From Eledone cirrhosa (Eukaryota), in NCBI GenBank assembly GCA_964016885.1, contig OZ024742.1, positions 111,538,001 through 111,602,000 of the forward strand: DNA of 64,000 bases, in the 5' to 3' direction. Below, one piece after another: positions 1-12,870 of this stretch. Made by a program: the position numbers and the translations under genes. The notes beneath the pieces were generated by a model that saw nothing but the letters and a program-made list of their open reading frames with translations, ran no database searches and was not told where the DNA came from. The first letter of the stretch is position 1. Every line of letters starts with the position of its first letter.

Positions 1-1322
1 TGTGGTCCCAAACAACAATATCAGGCCGGTTGTGCTTTAATTTGGTGGCAGTTTTTATTGTCAGGTTCCACAAGTATTTCTTAGTGCCATCTGTCTCAAT
101 ATATTCTTCCTCGTTTATTGTTAATTTTGTTTTCCGAAGTGAGTTCCAGATAGTTCTAGCTATCCCATCGTGTCTCATGGGGAGGTAGTAGCGAGATGAC
201 ATTCTTTCGCAGCTGGCAACAATGTGGCTTACATCCTCGATCTTTGTTTTACATAGCCTACATTTATTGTCAGCTGCTGGCCCTCCTCTTTTGTGCAGCA
301 GATATTTGGTAGGGAGTTCTTGTTCCTGTATTGCATAGAGATATCCCTCAAGGTGTGATGTCATAAACTTATCGGAATTCGATGCCAGGCTTTTTGAGTG
401 GTTTATCCCCTCTCTGGTCTGTGTCTTACGTCTCAAGTATCCATGCACAACTTTCTCTGTAAATTGGTCAATTCTTTCATGTTTGAACATTGAATAGGAT
501 CTTCCGATTTCTCTGGGTGAGAGATTTATATCAGGCTTTATTCCATATCTGTCCTCCAGATCAGTCGCTATTCTAATATTTTTTTTTCATGCTCATAAAC
601 CTGGGCGAGATGGTTGCCAACCTTTTTCCTCTGTTGAAGGTGTTGCTTCAGTGTTACTATCCGGGTCTCATATGTTGTTAATATTGATTTTAGACCCCGA
701 CCACCTTCCTTGCGTGAGAAGTATAACCTATCAACATCACCATTGATGTTAAAGTTCCCAGTAAAACTGATAAGTTTGCGAGTTTTAACATCCATCTCAC
801 TTAGTTCTTGCAATGACCAGTTCAGCAGGCCAAATGTTGGCGTTAGTATTGGCACAGCATAAGTATTGTGGGCAATGTATTTGTTGTACGCTGACAGTTG
901 TGATGACCATATTTTCTTTACTCTTCTTAGGTATTCAGTTCTGGTTCTCTCCTTATTTATGGGTCCATCATATCTGACATTCTCATTCTGTCCAAGATAT
1001 CTGTAGTTGTCACCTGACTGTAGAGGTCGTATTGTCAGGCTGTTCATCTCTAGATTTCTAGAGGAGGGCACAGCTCTTCCACGTTTTACTGCCAAATATG
1101 CACACTTGAACTCACCAAATTTCATTTTTATGTCTGTTGAAAATTGTGTAATGAGGTCCAATTGTTTCTTGATGTCATTGGTATTTGGCCCATACAACTT
1201 CAACAACTTCAGGTCATCAACAAAGAAAAGAAAAGAGATACTTCTGTACCCACTTCTTTGTCCACCTTCTTTCCTGAGTAGGTAAGATAGTGGATTCAGT
1301 GAGAGAACGAAGAGTAGCACTG
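1..1322 (-). mobile_element. 5'-truncated copy 1 of the R4/Dong-like element (continues off the window edge)
   Basis: Same truncation point (gagtagcactg|tatatatgt) as copy 2. ORF 568-1320 is an RT C-terminal part. Confidence 0.93.
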
Positions 1323-1394
1323 TATATATGTATGTATGTATGCATGTATGTATGTATGTATGTATGTATGTATGTATGTATGTATGTATGTATG

Positions 1395-3111
1395 TTTTCT
1401 CTTTCTCTTAATTTCGAGTATATTATTTTGACCGGCCACCTTCCTGGTGGCAAGGTTGTAAAAGAAAAGAAATTGTCATCCCTTGAATCGCAAGAATGTT
1501 TTGCAAATTTTGAAGGTGCCAGCTATCGCAGCCATTTGCAGACTATGAATTAGGGAGCTGCGCTTTTTGTCCGCAAATCCAAGTTCAGTCATACTTTGGT
1601 TCAAGCGGGTTGGTATATAACCCGTAGCACCAATAATAATGGGTATGAAGCTAAAGGTGTATCTTGGATACTGGATTTGTAAACTCCTCATCAATGGTCC
1701 GTAGATGTCCTCCTTCTCCTGTATTTTTCTGACAACGTTTACATCAAGTGGGCAGCTGATCTCCACAACAGAACACGTTTTCAATGTGTGGTCCCAAACT
1801 ACAATATCAGGCCGGTTGTGCTTTAATTTGGAGGCAGTTTTTATTTTCAGGTTCCACCATTATTTCTTAGTGCCATCTGTCTCAATATATTCTTCCTCGT
1901 TTGTTGTTAATTTTGCTTTCCGAAGTGCTTTCCAGATGGTTCTAGCTATCCCACCGTGTCTCATGGGGAGGTAGTAGCGAGATAACATTCTTTCGCAGCT
2001 GGCAACAATGTGGCTTACATCCTCGATCTTTGTTTTACATAGCCTACATTTATTGTCAGCTGCTGGCCCCCCTCTTTTGTGCAGCAGATATTTGGTAGGG
2101 AGTTCTTGTTCCTGTATTGCATAGAGATATCCCTCAAGGTGTGATGTCATAAACTTGTCGGAACTCCATGCCAGGCTTTTTGAGTGGTTTATCCGCTCTA
2201 TGGTCTGTGTTTTACGCCTCAAGTATCCATGCACAACTTTCTCTGTAAATTGGTCAATTCTTTCATGTTTGAACATTGAATAGGATCTTCCGATTTCTCT
2301 GGGTGAGAGATTTATATCAGGCTTTATTCCATATCCGTCCTCCAGATCAGTCGCTATTCTAATGATATTTTTTTTTCATGCTCATAAACCTGGGCAAGAT
2401 GGTTGCCAACCTTTTTCCTCTGTTGAAGGTGTTGCTTCAGTGTTACTATCCGGGTCTCATATGTTGTTAATATTGATTTTAGACCCCGACCACCTTCCTT
2501 GCGTGAGAAGTATAACCTATCAACATCACCATTGATGTTAAAGTTCCCAGTAAAACTGATAAGTTTGCGAGTTTTAACATCCATCTCACTTAGTTCTTGC
2601 AATGACCAGTTCAGCAGGCCAAATGTTGGCGTTAGTATTGGCACAGCATAAGTATTGTGGGCAATGTATTTGTTGTACGCTGACAGTTGTGATGACCATA
2701 TTTTCTTTACTCTTCTTAGGTATTCAGTTCTGGTTCTCTCCTTATTTATGGGTCCATCATATCTGACATTCTCATTCTGTCCAAGATATCTGTAGTTGTC
2801 ACCTGACTGTAGAGGTCGTATTGTCAGGCCGTTCATCTCTAGATTTCTAGAGGAGGGCACAGCTCTTCCACGTTTTACTGCCAAATATGCACACTTGAAC
2901 TCACCAAATTTCATTTTTATGTCTGTTGAAAATTGTGTAATGAGGTCCAATTGTTTCTTGATGTCATTGATATTTGGCTCATACAACTTCAACAACTTCA
3001 GGTCATCAACAAAGAAAAGAAAAGAGATACTTCTGTACCCACTTCTTTGTCCACCTTCTTTCCTGAGTAGGTAAGATAGTGGATTCAGTGAGAGAACGAA
3101 GAGTAGCACTG
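1395..3111 (-). mobile_element. 5'-truncated copy 2 of the R4/Dong-like element
   Basis: Near-identical to 3168-4876. Truncated just after the QGDSLS motif; same 3' UTR ending in (CATA)n. Confidence 0.93.
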
Positions 3112-3167
3112 TATATATGTATGTATGTATGCATGTATGTATGTATGTATGTATGTATGTATGTATG

Positions 3168-6100
3168 TTTTCTCTTTCTCTTAATTTCGAGTATATTATT
3201 TTGACCGGCCACCTTCCTGGTGGCAAGGTTGTAAAAGAAAAGAAATTGTCATCCCTTGAATCGCGAGAATGTTTTGCACATTTTGAAGGTGCCAGCTATC
3301 GCAGCCATTTGCAGACTATGAATTAGGGAGCTGCGCTTTTTGTCCGCAAATCCAAGTTCAGTCATACTTTGGTTCAAGCGGGTTGGTATATAACCCGTAG
3401 CACCAATAATAATGGGTATGAAGCTAAAAGTGTATCTTGGATACTGGATTTGTAAACTCCTCATCAATGGTCCGTAGATGTCCTCCTTCTCCTGTATTTT
3501 TCTGACAACGTTTACATCAAGTGGGCAGCTGATCTCCACAACAGAACACGTTTTCAATGTGTGGTCCCAAACTACAATATCAGGCCGGTTGTGCTTTAAT
3601 TTGGAGGCAGTTTTTATTTTCAGGTTCCACCAGTATTTCTTAGTGCCATCTGTCTCAATATATTCTTCCTCGTTTGTTGTTAATTTTGCTTTCCGAAGTG
3701 CTTTCCAGATGGTTCTAGCTATCCCACCGTGTCTCATGGGGAGGTAGTAGCGAGATAACATTCTTTCGCAGCTGGCAACAATGTGGCTTACATCCTCGAT
3801 CTTTGTTTTACATAGCCTACATTTATTGTCAGCTGCTGGCCCCCCTCTTTTGTGCAGCAGATATTTGGTAGGGAGTTCTTGTTCCTGTATTGCATAGAGA
3901 TATCCCTCAAGGTGTGATGTCATAAACTTGTCGGAACTCCATGCCAGGCTTTTTGAGTGGTTTATCCGCTCTATGGTCTGTGTTTTACGCCTCAAGTATC
4001 CATGCACAACTTTCTCTGTAAATTGGTCAATTCTTTCATGTTTGAACATTGAATAGGATCTTCCGATTTCTCTGGGTGAGAGATTTATATCAGGCTTTAT
4101 TCCATATCTGTCCTCCAGATCAGTCGCTATTCTAATGATATTTTTTTTTTCATGCTCATAAACCTGGGCAAGATGGTTGCCAACCTTTTTCCTCTGTTGA
4201 AGGTGTTGCTTCAGTGTTACTACCCGGGTTTCATATGTTGTTAATATTGATTTTAGACGCCGGCCACCTTCCTTGCGTGAGAAGTATAACCTATCCACAT
4301 CACCATTGATGTTAAAGTTGCCAGTAACACTGAGACGTTTGCGAGTTCTAACATCCATCTCACTTAGTTCTTGCAATGACCAGTTCAGTAGGCCAAATGT
4401 TGGCGTTAGAATTGGCACAGCATAAGTATTGTGGGCAATGTATTTGTTGTACGCTGACAGTTCTGATGACCATATTTTCTTTACTCTTCTGAGGTATTCA
4501 GTTCTGGGTCTCTCCTTATTTATGGGTCCATCATATTTGAAATTCTCACCCTGTCCAAGATATCTGAAATTGTCACCTGACTGCAGAGGTTGCATTGTCA
4601 GGCCGTTCATCTCTAGATATCTAGAGGAGGGCACAGCTCTTCCACGTTTTACTGCCAAATATGCACACTTGGACTCACCAAATTTCATTTTGATGTCGGT
4701 TGAAAATTGTGTAATGAGGTCCAATTGTTTCTTGATGTCCTTGATATTTGGCCCATACAACTTCAGGTCATCAACAAAGAAAAGATGGGAGATACTTCTG
4801 GGCCCACTTCTTTGTCCACCTTCTTTCCTGAGTAGGTAAGATAGTGGATTCAGTGAGAGAACGAAGAGTAGCACTGACAAGCTATCACCCTGAAAGATGC
4901 CCTTCTGGTAATGTCTCTTATCAGTCTTAACCTGCTCCTTCTCACCTCTAAGGATCAAATTGGTATACCAGTTCTTGGTCAGGCGTTCAACAGCAGTTAC
5001 CAATGGTTGTGGGACTTTAGCTAACTGTAAAGCCTTAATAATCCACCCATGAGGTACACTATCAAATGCTTTTTGATAGTCCAGCCACACGACAGTCATG
5101 TTTCTGCGATTCTTTGTTGTTTTTTCCTGAATCATTTTGTTAGTTAGTAGGTGATCTTTGCAACCCCACACCTCCCTCTTTCCACCAGCTTGCTCAGGTG
5201 TTATGATGTTGTTGGTAGCTCAGTGATCCTGTAAGAACAGGTTAAGGCACCCAGTATATAATTTATACATGATGTTTTGGCAGGCAATTGGGCGGTAATT
5301 TTGAGCAAGGGTGGTTTGGCTATTTTGGGGAATGAGGAGAGTAGTGGCAGTTGATAACCATCTGGGCAGTTCTTGTGTGCCCTTAATGGTTTCTGTAAAC
5401 AGCCGTATGAGATCTTGCCGATAGAAAGTGAAATTCTTCAACCAGTATCCTGTAATGAGGTCTGGGCCTGGTGATTTCCTATTCGACATTTTCTGTAGAG
5501 CTGTTTCCAGTATTGACCCATCTATGTCATATTGTTTTGTCTGGACATGTTGGCAGTAGTCCTGTTCCAGTTCTTTTAGCCAATTTGCTTGTCTGTTGAA
5601 TCCGTCATCCGTTTCCCATACAGATCTCCAGTAGCTCTCAACCTGTTCTTTTGAAGGGGTGTCGTTTACAGGGATTGAGCTTTTGCCACCGAAGCTGCCA
5701 TAAACTGATTTAGGATCTCTGGCAAACAATCTTTTTAGCACTTGTCGTTTATGTGCTGTTGACTTATATTTTAGTCTTTCTGTTGTAGCTGTCAGTTGTT
5801 GTTTCAACTGGTGTAATTTGGAGTTCAAAGTTTTAAATTTTGTATCTCCAAATCGTCTCTCTAACTTTTTCTTTAGGTCTTCCTGGTGTCGTGTGAAGTT
5901 GCTCTCTATGTTGCATTTCATAACAACTGCGATGTGTGAAATAATTCGTCTCAGGGAAATAATTTTGGTTTTTAAATTTCGCATCCACGCTGGTTCAGGC
6001 TTTCTGTTTGTATCTTGATTGCGTGGTTTTAGATGTGTGTTATATGATAGCAATGTGACAGCTGAAACATAACAAAATATTAAGCGTTTCAAATGTCGTT

Positions 6101-7364
6101 TCTACACCTTCAGATAATTGCCAGCTATTTCGTTCACCGCTTCCAATTCCAATTTAGTGGGTTCTTTACTGACTCTAGTGTTGTATGGTCTGTCACTCAC
6201 ATTAAGGCTGTGTATCTTTTGAAACATATCGTTCCATATCACTTGTAGGGTGCCCACAAGTTTTTGGTGCTCTGTTCCTTCAGTAGAGTCATGAATTTCA
6301 GCCTCGTTGTAATGTGGTGACAATTACTACTAGAGTCAGCTGACCTTTCTCGCTGGTCTTTAGTGGAAGTGGGATGGATTTCAGCAAAATTGTTGGTGAG
6401 CTGTTCACTGTTAGATTTAGCTGGCCATTCTCCTTGTCTGTCAGTGGAGGTGGGGTGGTTGTCTACAAGGGCTGTATTTGTAGTATCACTCAATTCCGTT
6501 AGATGTATCAATTTACATCTAATGATACGTTTTGCCTGTTCATTTAAATGCTTTGGAGAAAAATCTAATTCTGGGTGTTTGGAGTTCCATTAAGTTTTTA
6601 GCCTTTGCATAAAACCGAACTTTTGGCGTTCAGATTGTTTGTATGCTTCATATAATACTTTGTTAAGCTCGTAGCTCCACTGTGTACAACGGTTGTAGTT
6701 GAGATTTGGTCGAAGGAGACTTGTAGTTTTTGCCATGATAAGTTCGTCTATTCACTAATATTTCGTATTTATTTTTCAAAATAGTCGATGACCTTCTTTA
6801 AAATTTACGACAAAGTTCTGTCAGAATCAAATTTAAAGTTATTCACAGCTTGGGTAATATTTCTTTTCAGTTAGTTTTTAATTCTACAACTGTGTTTTAA
6901 ACGTTCTTGAATCGTTTGAATTGAGAACAAAAAGAACCGTTACTTAGTATATTCCTTTATGAATGTAATATAATATAACAACGCGGTATTTATATTTTAA
7001 AGTTTATGTATCATTCATATAAATAGGTGTTCTACAACCTATTCACAACATATTCACAGTTCAAACACTTATATTTTTGTTTCTGAATCGAAAACGTTAC
7101 TTGTATATTTCTTTATAAATGTAATATAACAACGTTGCATTTATATGTTAAAGTGTATGTATCGTTCATATATCATAAGTGTATGTATCGTTCATATAAA
7201 TAGGTGTTTTACAACACACCTACAGTTCAAACACTTATGTAGAATTATTGTATGTAATCTTACCGCGTAATGTAGCTCAACTTTTTCCAATATATGGTAT
7301 GTTTCCTTCATGTAAGCCGTAATTACACACGTCCGATTATCGGACACTGACCACAACGGTCGCG
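3168..7364 (-). mobile_element. Near full-length R4/Dong-like non-LTR retrotransposon (RT + CCHC knuckle + RLE endonuclease), inactivated by stops/frameshifts
   Basis: ATG at 6736 opens an R4-type N-terminal domain (W..ELNK..Y..S....GFMQRL...W...HP). RT motifs: KSPGPD, NYRPIAC, WLDYQKAFDSVPH, GIFQGDSLS, LFFVDD, FRYLG. Knuckle: CRLC..H..C. RLE: RPDIV..EISCP..K. Both ends abut (CATA)n. Confidence 0.92.
3249..6092 (-). pseudogene. RT-RLE polyprotein of the R4/Dong-like element
   Basis: ORFs 5220-6092 and 3249-5171 are in the same frame, separated by a single TGA (QDH*ATNNIITPEQAGG). Further frameshifts lie upstream of 6092. Confidence 0.9.
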
Positions 7365-7480
7365 ATATATGTATGTATGTTTGTATGTATGTATGTATGT
7401 ATGTATGTATGTATGTATGTATGTATGTATGTATGTATGTATGTAGGTAGGTATGTATGTACTATGTATCTATGTATGTA
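7365..7480. repeat. (TATG)n microsatellite flanking the R4-like 5' end; also at 1323-1394 and 3112-3167
   Basis: Direct reading. Confidence 0.97.
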
Positions 7481-7514
7481 TCCATGCACGGTTATAAATG
7501 TATATATATATATA

Positions 7515-7684
7515 GTGGTAGAACACTGGAAGGTAATATCCTTAGTATAGAGCACTCAGTCCATGGGGCGAGTTAGGTAAAAGTAGTTAAACAACAGTTA
7601 GTTCACCATACCGAGAACAATTGTTTCACCTTAGCTCGTAATGGACATGGTTATACGAACGCGCATGCGCAGAAACGATCAGTT
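7515..7684 (-). mobile_element. PLE terminal fragment related to 15850-15980, with the hammerhead core deleted
   Basis: Reverse complement matches 15852-15980 (gagctaaggtgaaacaattgttctcggtatggtgaactaactgttg) but lacks gaggatccgct. Confidence 0.7.
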
Positions 7685-7755
7685 CATTATGTGGTGGGCT
7701 CTTGTAAGTTTTGATATATATTATAATATCATATTATATAAGTTTTATATCATAA

Positions 7756-10311
7756 TACGATATTAATAGGAATAGGAAGGACACCAGGAATAGAACTCAT
7801 TTTAATAACTATGGCTTCAAAACTTATAAGAGCCCACCACATAATGTTCTATTAGATAATTTTGAAAGTGACTTACTCTCTCTTGTCAAAAATATTAAGT
7901 ATAGGCCAAATAATAGACATAGAAATTATAATAAATTTGATAAGTTCCAGTCTAGACTTAAAAATATTGTTAAGAGTTTTAGTGCGAATAAGTCTATTCT
8001 TGTCCCGGCGGATAAGACTAAGAATCTATACTCTATGGATTACAGTGCTTACCGTGACTTTATTTATGAGGAGCTGCATAGAAATTATAAAAAGACTACG
8101 CTAGATAATTTGAACCATATCAATATTGAGGGTCTTAAAATAGTCTCGGACCTCGGCCTTGATAAGTATACCCAGCCATATTACCCTACAGAACCGAGAT
8201 TCACTCTTAAGGACCATAAGGTAGACTTCATTAGTAACCCCTCTGTTAGACTCATCTGTCCTTCTAAGTCCGATATAGCCATAATCAGTAAAAAGATCCT
8301 TGACCTTATTATACCAGATGTTAGGGATAAAGTTAATTTTAACCTATGGGGGAACACTAAGGAAGTTATAGATTGGTTCTCTGGGATTAATAAACTTGAA
8401 TCTAATAAGTTTATCCAGTTCGATATTGATGCCTACTACACATCGATTTCACCCATCCTCCTCAATAAAGCCTTAATGTTAGCCATGAGAGTGTCCAGCC
8501 TTACACGATCACAGGTAGATATTATACTAGCAGCCCGTAGAACTATCATTAATTTTGAGGACACATTTTGGACCCGTAAAAACACGCCCAACAATTTCGA
8601 CGTTACAATGGGTTCGAGTGATTCGGCCCAGGTAACAGATCTTGTTGGGTTGTTCCTCCTAAATGAACTATATGTTATCTTTCCGCACCTTAAAGGCGGA
8701 CTATATCGTGATGATGCATTGTTTGTGATTAACTCTAGCACCAACAATGTCGAGCATAATAAGAAGCTTTATAATTTTTTTAAAAGCTATAACCTTTCGA
8801 TCACGATAGATAGAAACGATAGAGCGGTCAACTTTTTAGATGTGACTTTGGACTTGGTCACTAATAGTTTTAAACCCTTCCATAAGCCTAATGAAATGCT
8901 TTCTTATGTTAGTCCCAATTCTAACCACCCCAAATTTATGATAAGCTCTATAATTAAGGGTGTATCTAATAGGATTTCCACACTCTCTAAGGACGTAGGA
9001 ACATTTAATGAACATGCGGAATACTATAATAATGCCCTAGCTAATTCCCGTTACTCTAGTAAAATACATTAAAATAATAGTAACCTTAGAAAGTCTCCGC
9101 TTACTTATAATACTAATAACATAATATCCCATAACATGGCCATGAATGGGAGTAGGAAGCATAATAATCGTAGTAATTACATAGGTGTATCTGAACCCAT
9201 CCATAAGTTAACCCACAGGACTCGTAATAGGGAATATAATACCTCTAGGAATCAAGTCGAACCCTCTGAGCGCTCACTCATTGGTGATGCTTTTGCTAGA
9301 TCTAATTCTAATAATGTTGTTTCTACTGATCCTATTATTGGCCCTAATCCTTTTGATAGGATTCCAGACAGCAGCAGATCTACTAGAGGTAGAAACAGAA
9401 AGAGACTTAATGGAATTTTGGCTGATTCTAATAATGCGGTTTTAACTAATCCTTGTAGTAACCCTAGTCTTAATAATGGGATATTGGATAATGGTAGAGT
9501 CGGAAAGGATAAAAATAGAAGGAGACTAAATACTTATTTTAACCCGCCATATAATCAGGAAGTATTAATTAATATCCCTAGGTCTTTCTTTTCTATCTTA
9601 GAGAAAAATTTCCCCCCTTCTCATAAATACCATAGTATTTTTAATAAAAATGTTATTAAACTTTCATTCTCTACCACCCCTAATATTAGTTCTCATTTAG
9701 CTAGCACTAACAATAGGAAAATTAGGGATGGATACTCCTCTCTATATACTACTAGTCTGAACAGATCTACAAATGCCTTACCACCAGAGCAGACCTTATC
9801 TAATAGTAATCCTACGTGTAATGCATCACTACTTCAGCCAATCAATACCACTCGGAAGTGTAACTGTAGAGTGAGTGCTAACTGCCCTTTAAACGGTAAC
9901 TGCCTCTCTAAGAACATAGTTTATGCTTGCGTAGTTATAACTAATTCCTCTAATAGAACTTATAAAGGCTCTACATCTGACACTTTTAAGACCAGTTTTA
10001 ATTCTCATATCTCTAATTTCAAACATGTTAAGTTTAAGAATTCTACTTCTTTAGCACACTATATTTGGGATCTTAAGGGGGCTAATATACCATATGGCCT
10101 TAATTGGCGTTTAGTAGCACGCTCTAATAACCTTTCTACACATACTAAATTTTGTAATCTCTGTATCCTCGAGACACACTCTATAATTTTCTCTAGTGAA
10201 TCCTTACTTAATAGAAAGTCTGAGATATTCTCTTCTTGCCCCCACGCTATTTCTAATTCTTACTTTTATTATAAACCTAAAGGTTCTAGTAGTGTAAATT
10301 GTATCCACTAG
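7756..10311 (+). pseudogene. PLE reverse transcriptase + C-terminal GIY-YIG endonuclease
   Basis: One frame with a single TAA at 9070-9072. Motifs: YGFK..PP, VPADKT, LKDHK..NPSVRLICP, FIQFDI, FDVTMGS, LYRDD, NFLDVTL, FNPPY, CNCRVSANC (CxCx5C), IVY..YKGST..FK..H, CNLC..E, LLNRKSE. Confidence 0.92.
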
Positions 10312-10387
10312 CTGATAGATTCCATGACTTATTTTTTTAGTTTAGGTTCTTTTTGTTTACCACCATTATTATCATCATTATTATCAT

Positions 10388-10568
10388 GGCAGTATCGGTA
10401 GAGGGTCGGACGCCATGCTTTCCAGCATAGTTACGTCCCTTTACGATCTGAGTTCAAATCCCGCCGAGGTTGACTTTGCCTTTCATCCTTACGGGGTCGA
10501 TAAAATAAAGTACCAGTAATGCACTGGATAATTGCTGGTCTTGTGCCTAAAGTAGAAACAATTATTAT
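10388..10568 (+). mobile_element. tRNA-type SINE with Deu/Nin-like core
   Basis: B-box-like gagttcaaatcc, core gcctttcatccttacggggtcgataaaataaagtaccag, and (ATT)n tail. Eight related copies occur in the window. Confidence 0.85.
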
Positions 10569-11646
10569 CATGGGTTTTTGACAACTTTTCATTCTAGCTC
10601 TCATAATCTTTTGGCTACTATACCATATCTATCTTCTTACACATAACATTTTCACTATTAACACCTTATGAGTATATATCTGGTTATATATTTTATATTA
10701 TTTTATTTCAATTTTTTAAATTTTATTTGGATTCTTCTTTTGATAACCCCCCCCCCACACACACACACCCCTCTCCCCCATGCACACATAAACTTATTGC
10801 TAACCCCTTCAAATATATTATGATTATATTTAATCCCCCCCTTTTTATGCTCATTTCTATTATATAATACATTATATTGATTATGATTTTATGCTCCTTT
10901 GTATCCCACATAGATTTCTTTTTTCTGTCCCTATTAGCCTACCATAATTCTGCTTAAGTCAGTTTTTTAGATATCGTTATGTAAATGATAGTAGAATATT
11001 TCATTCCTTTCTATATATATATTTATAGTGAAATATTAATGTTTACGGATTTTGATCACTTAAACCATAGCTAATATTGTATTGCCTTATTAGGTATTTT
11101 AAATATTTTCAATATTAATTTATCAAATAGGGTTTTCTAGTCATTTATCTGGGTTGTTTCCTAAGTTTTTACTTAACTGCATGTGAGACCTAAGTAAATA
11201 CTTTTGTTTTTGTTTTTTGATTTCCGGTCGATTTTATTTATTTATTTATTTATTAATTAATACTACTGTGCATAGTATTTTATGTCTGGCCCTTATTCAC
11301 TCATTCACATATGTGTCTGTTTACCAACCTTGTAATTATAAGTAATTATATATTATATTATGTTCATTATTTTATATTGAAGTTGTTATTCAACTCTTTG
11401 TAAATGTAATATTGATCTTTGTTACTTACCGATGATTTTATGTACCATTATGATTTTATGTACCATTATGATATGTTGAATTTTATATATCATGAAAGAT
11501 GTTTATATATTTTTGTACCATCATAATTTTGGGTATTGTACAATTTATATTTTTTTTCTCACCTGCACTCTAACTCTATATGAATTGATTTGTTAACTTA
11601 CATGCTATTATATATTATATATTATTATATTATTATTATAATATAT

Positions 11647-11848
11647 GGCGGTGGATTGGCAGTATCGGTAGAGGTTCGGACGCCATGCTTCGACGCATAG
11701 AGTTACGGCCCTTGCCATTCTGAGTTCTAATCCCGACGAGGTTAACTTTGCCTTTCATCCTTACGGGGTCGATAAAATAAAGTACCAGTAATGTACTGGG
11801 TAATTTTCTGGCCTTGTGCCAATAGTAGAAACAATTATATTATTATTA
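11647..11848 (+). mobile_element. Full-length copy of the same SINE
   Basis: ggcggtggattggcagtatcggtaga head with the same core and tail. Confidence 0.85.
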
Positions 11849-12428
11849 TAGTGTTATTGTGGCATCTATATTGTTTGTGTAAATTAACCGGAGATTATCT
11901 ATTATATTATATTATATAATTATATAGTTTATTATATATTATATGTGTTACTTTTAATCATTTCATTACTTCATGTTATACTGTATATTTGATATACGTA
12001 TTATTTTTATTTTTATTCCTATTATGCTTATTTATATTTAAACTCTTAATAAGGTTTAATTTGTACTGTTAATGGTGGAAATGTGTATTAATGTATATGT
12101 ATATGTGCGTACGTGTGCGTATATATATACATATGTATATTGTGCCTTTTAATTTTAATTTTAATTTTTATATTGTTATAAGCATATTATATTATATTAT
12201 ATTGTATTACATATAGTATTATAATTCCCGCTCTATATAACCACCTTTGTTTAACTCTAGTTTTTTGCTTTGGACTATATTTGTAATATGGTTCAAAATG
12301 TTATCCACATCCTTAGTGATTTTTATTATAAATTTTTACCAATAATCTTCCAATACTTTAGTGTATGTACACTCCATATTCTTTGGAGTTTTCGGCTTGT
12401 ATTGGCCGATAGTGCTTCTTGTGGTTTT

Positions 12429-12474
12429 GATTGCCCTGATGAGTCCTTAATAGGACGAAACATTGTTGGCTAAT
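12429..12474 (+). ncRNA. Type I minimal hammerhead ribozyme
   Basis: gcc-CTGATGA-gtcct(taat)aggac-GAAA-c att gt-t-ggc. Confidence 0.8.
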
Positions 12475-12518
12475 AAAGACTTTTGATGTATTGAAGGCTT
12501 CTTTGTTTTATTTTCATA

Positions 12519-12870
<352 letters not shown>

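Noticed and set aside
10388-10470. tRNA-like head
   Set aside because: Part of the SINE; no full cloverleaf, so not called as a tRNA gene
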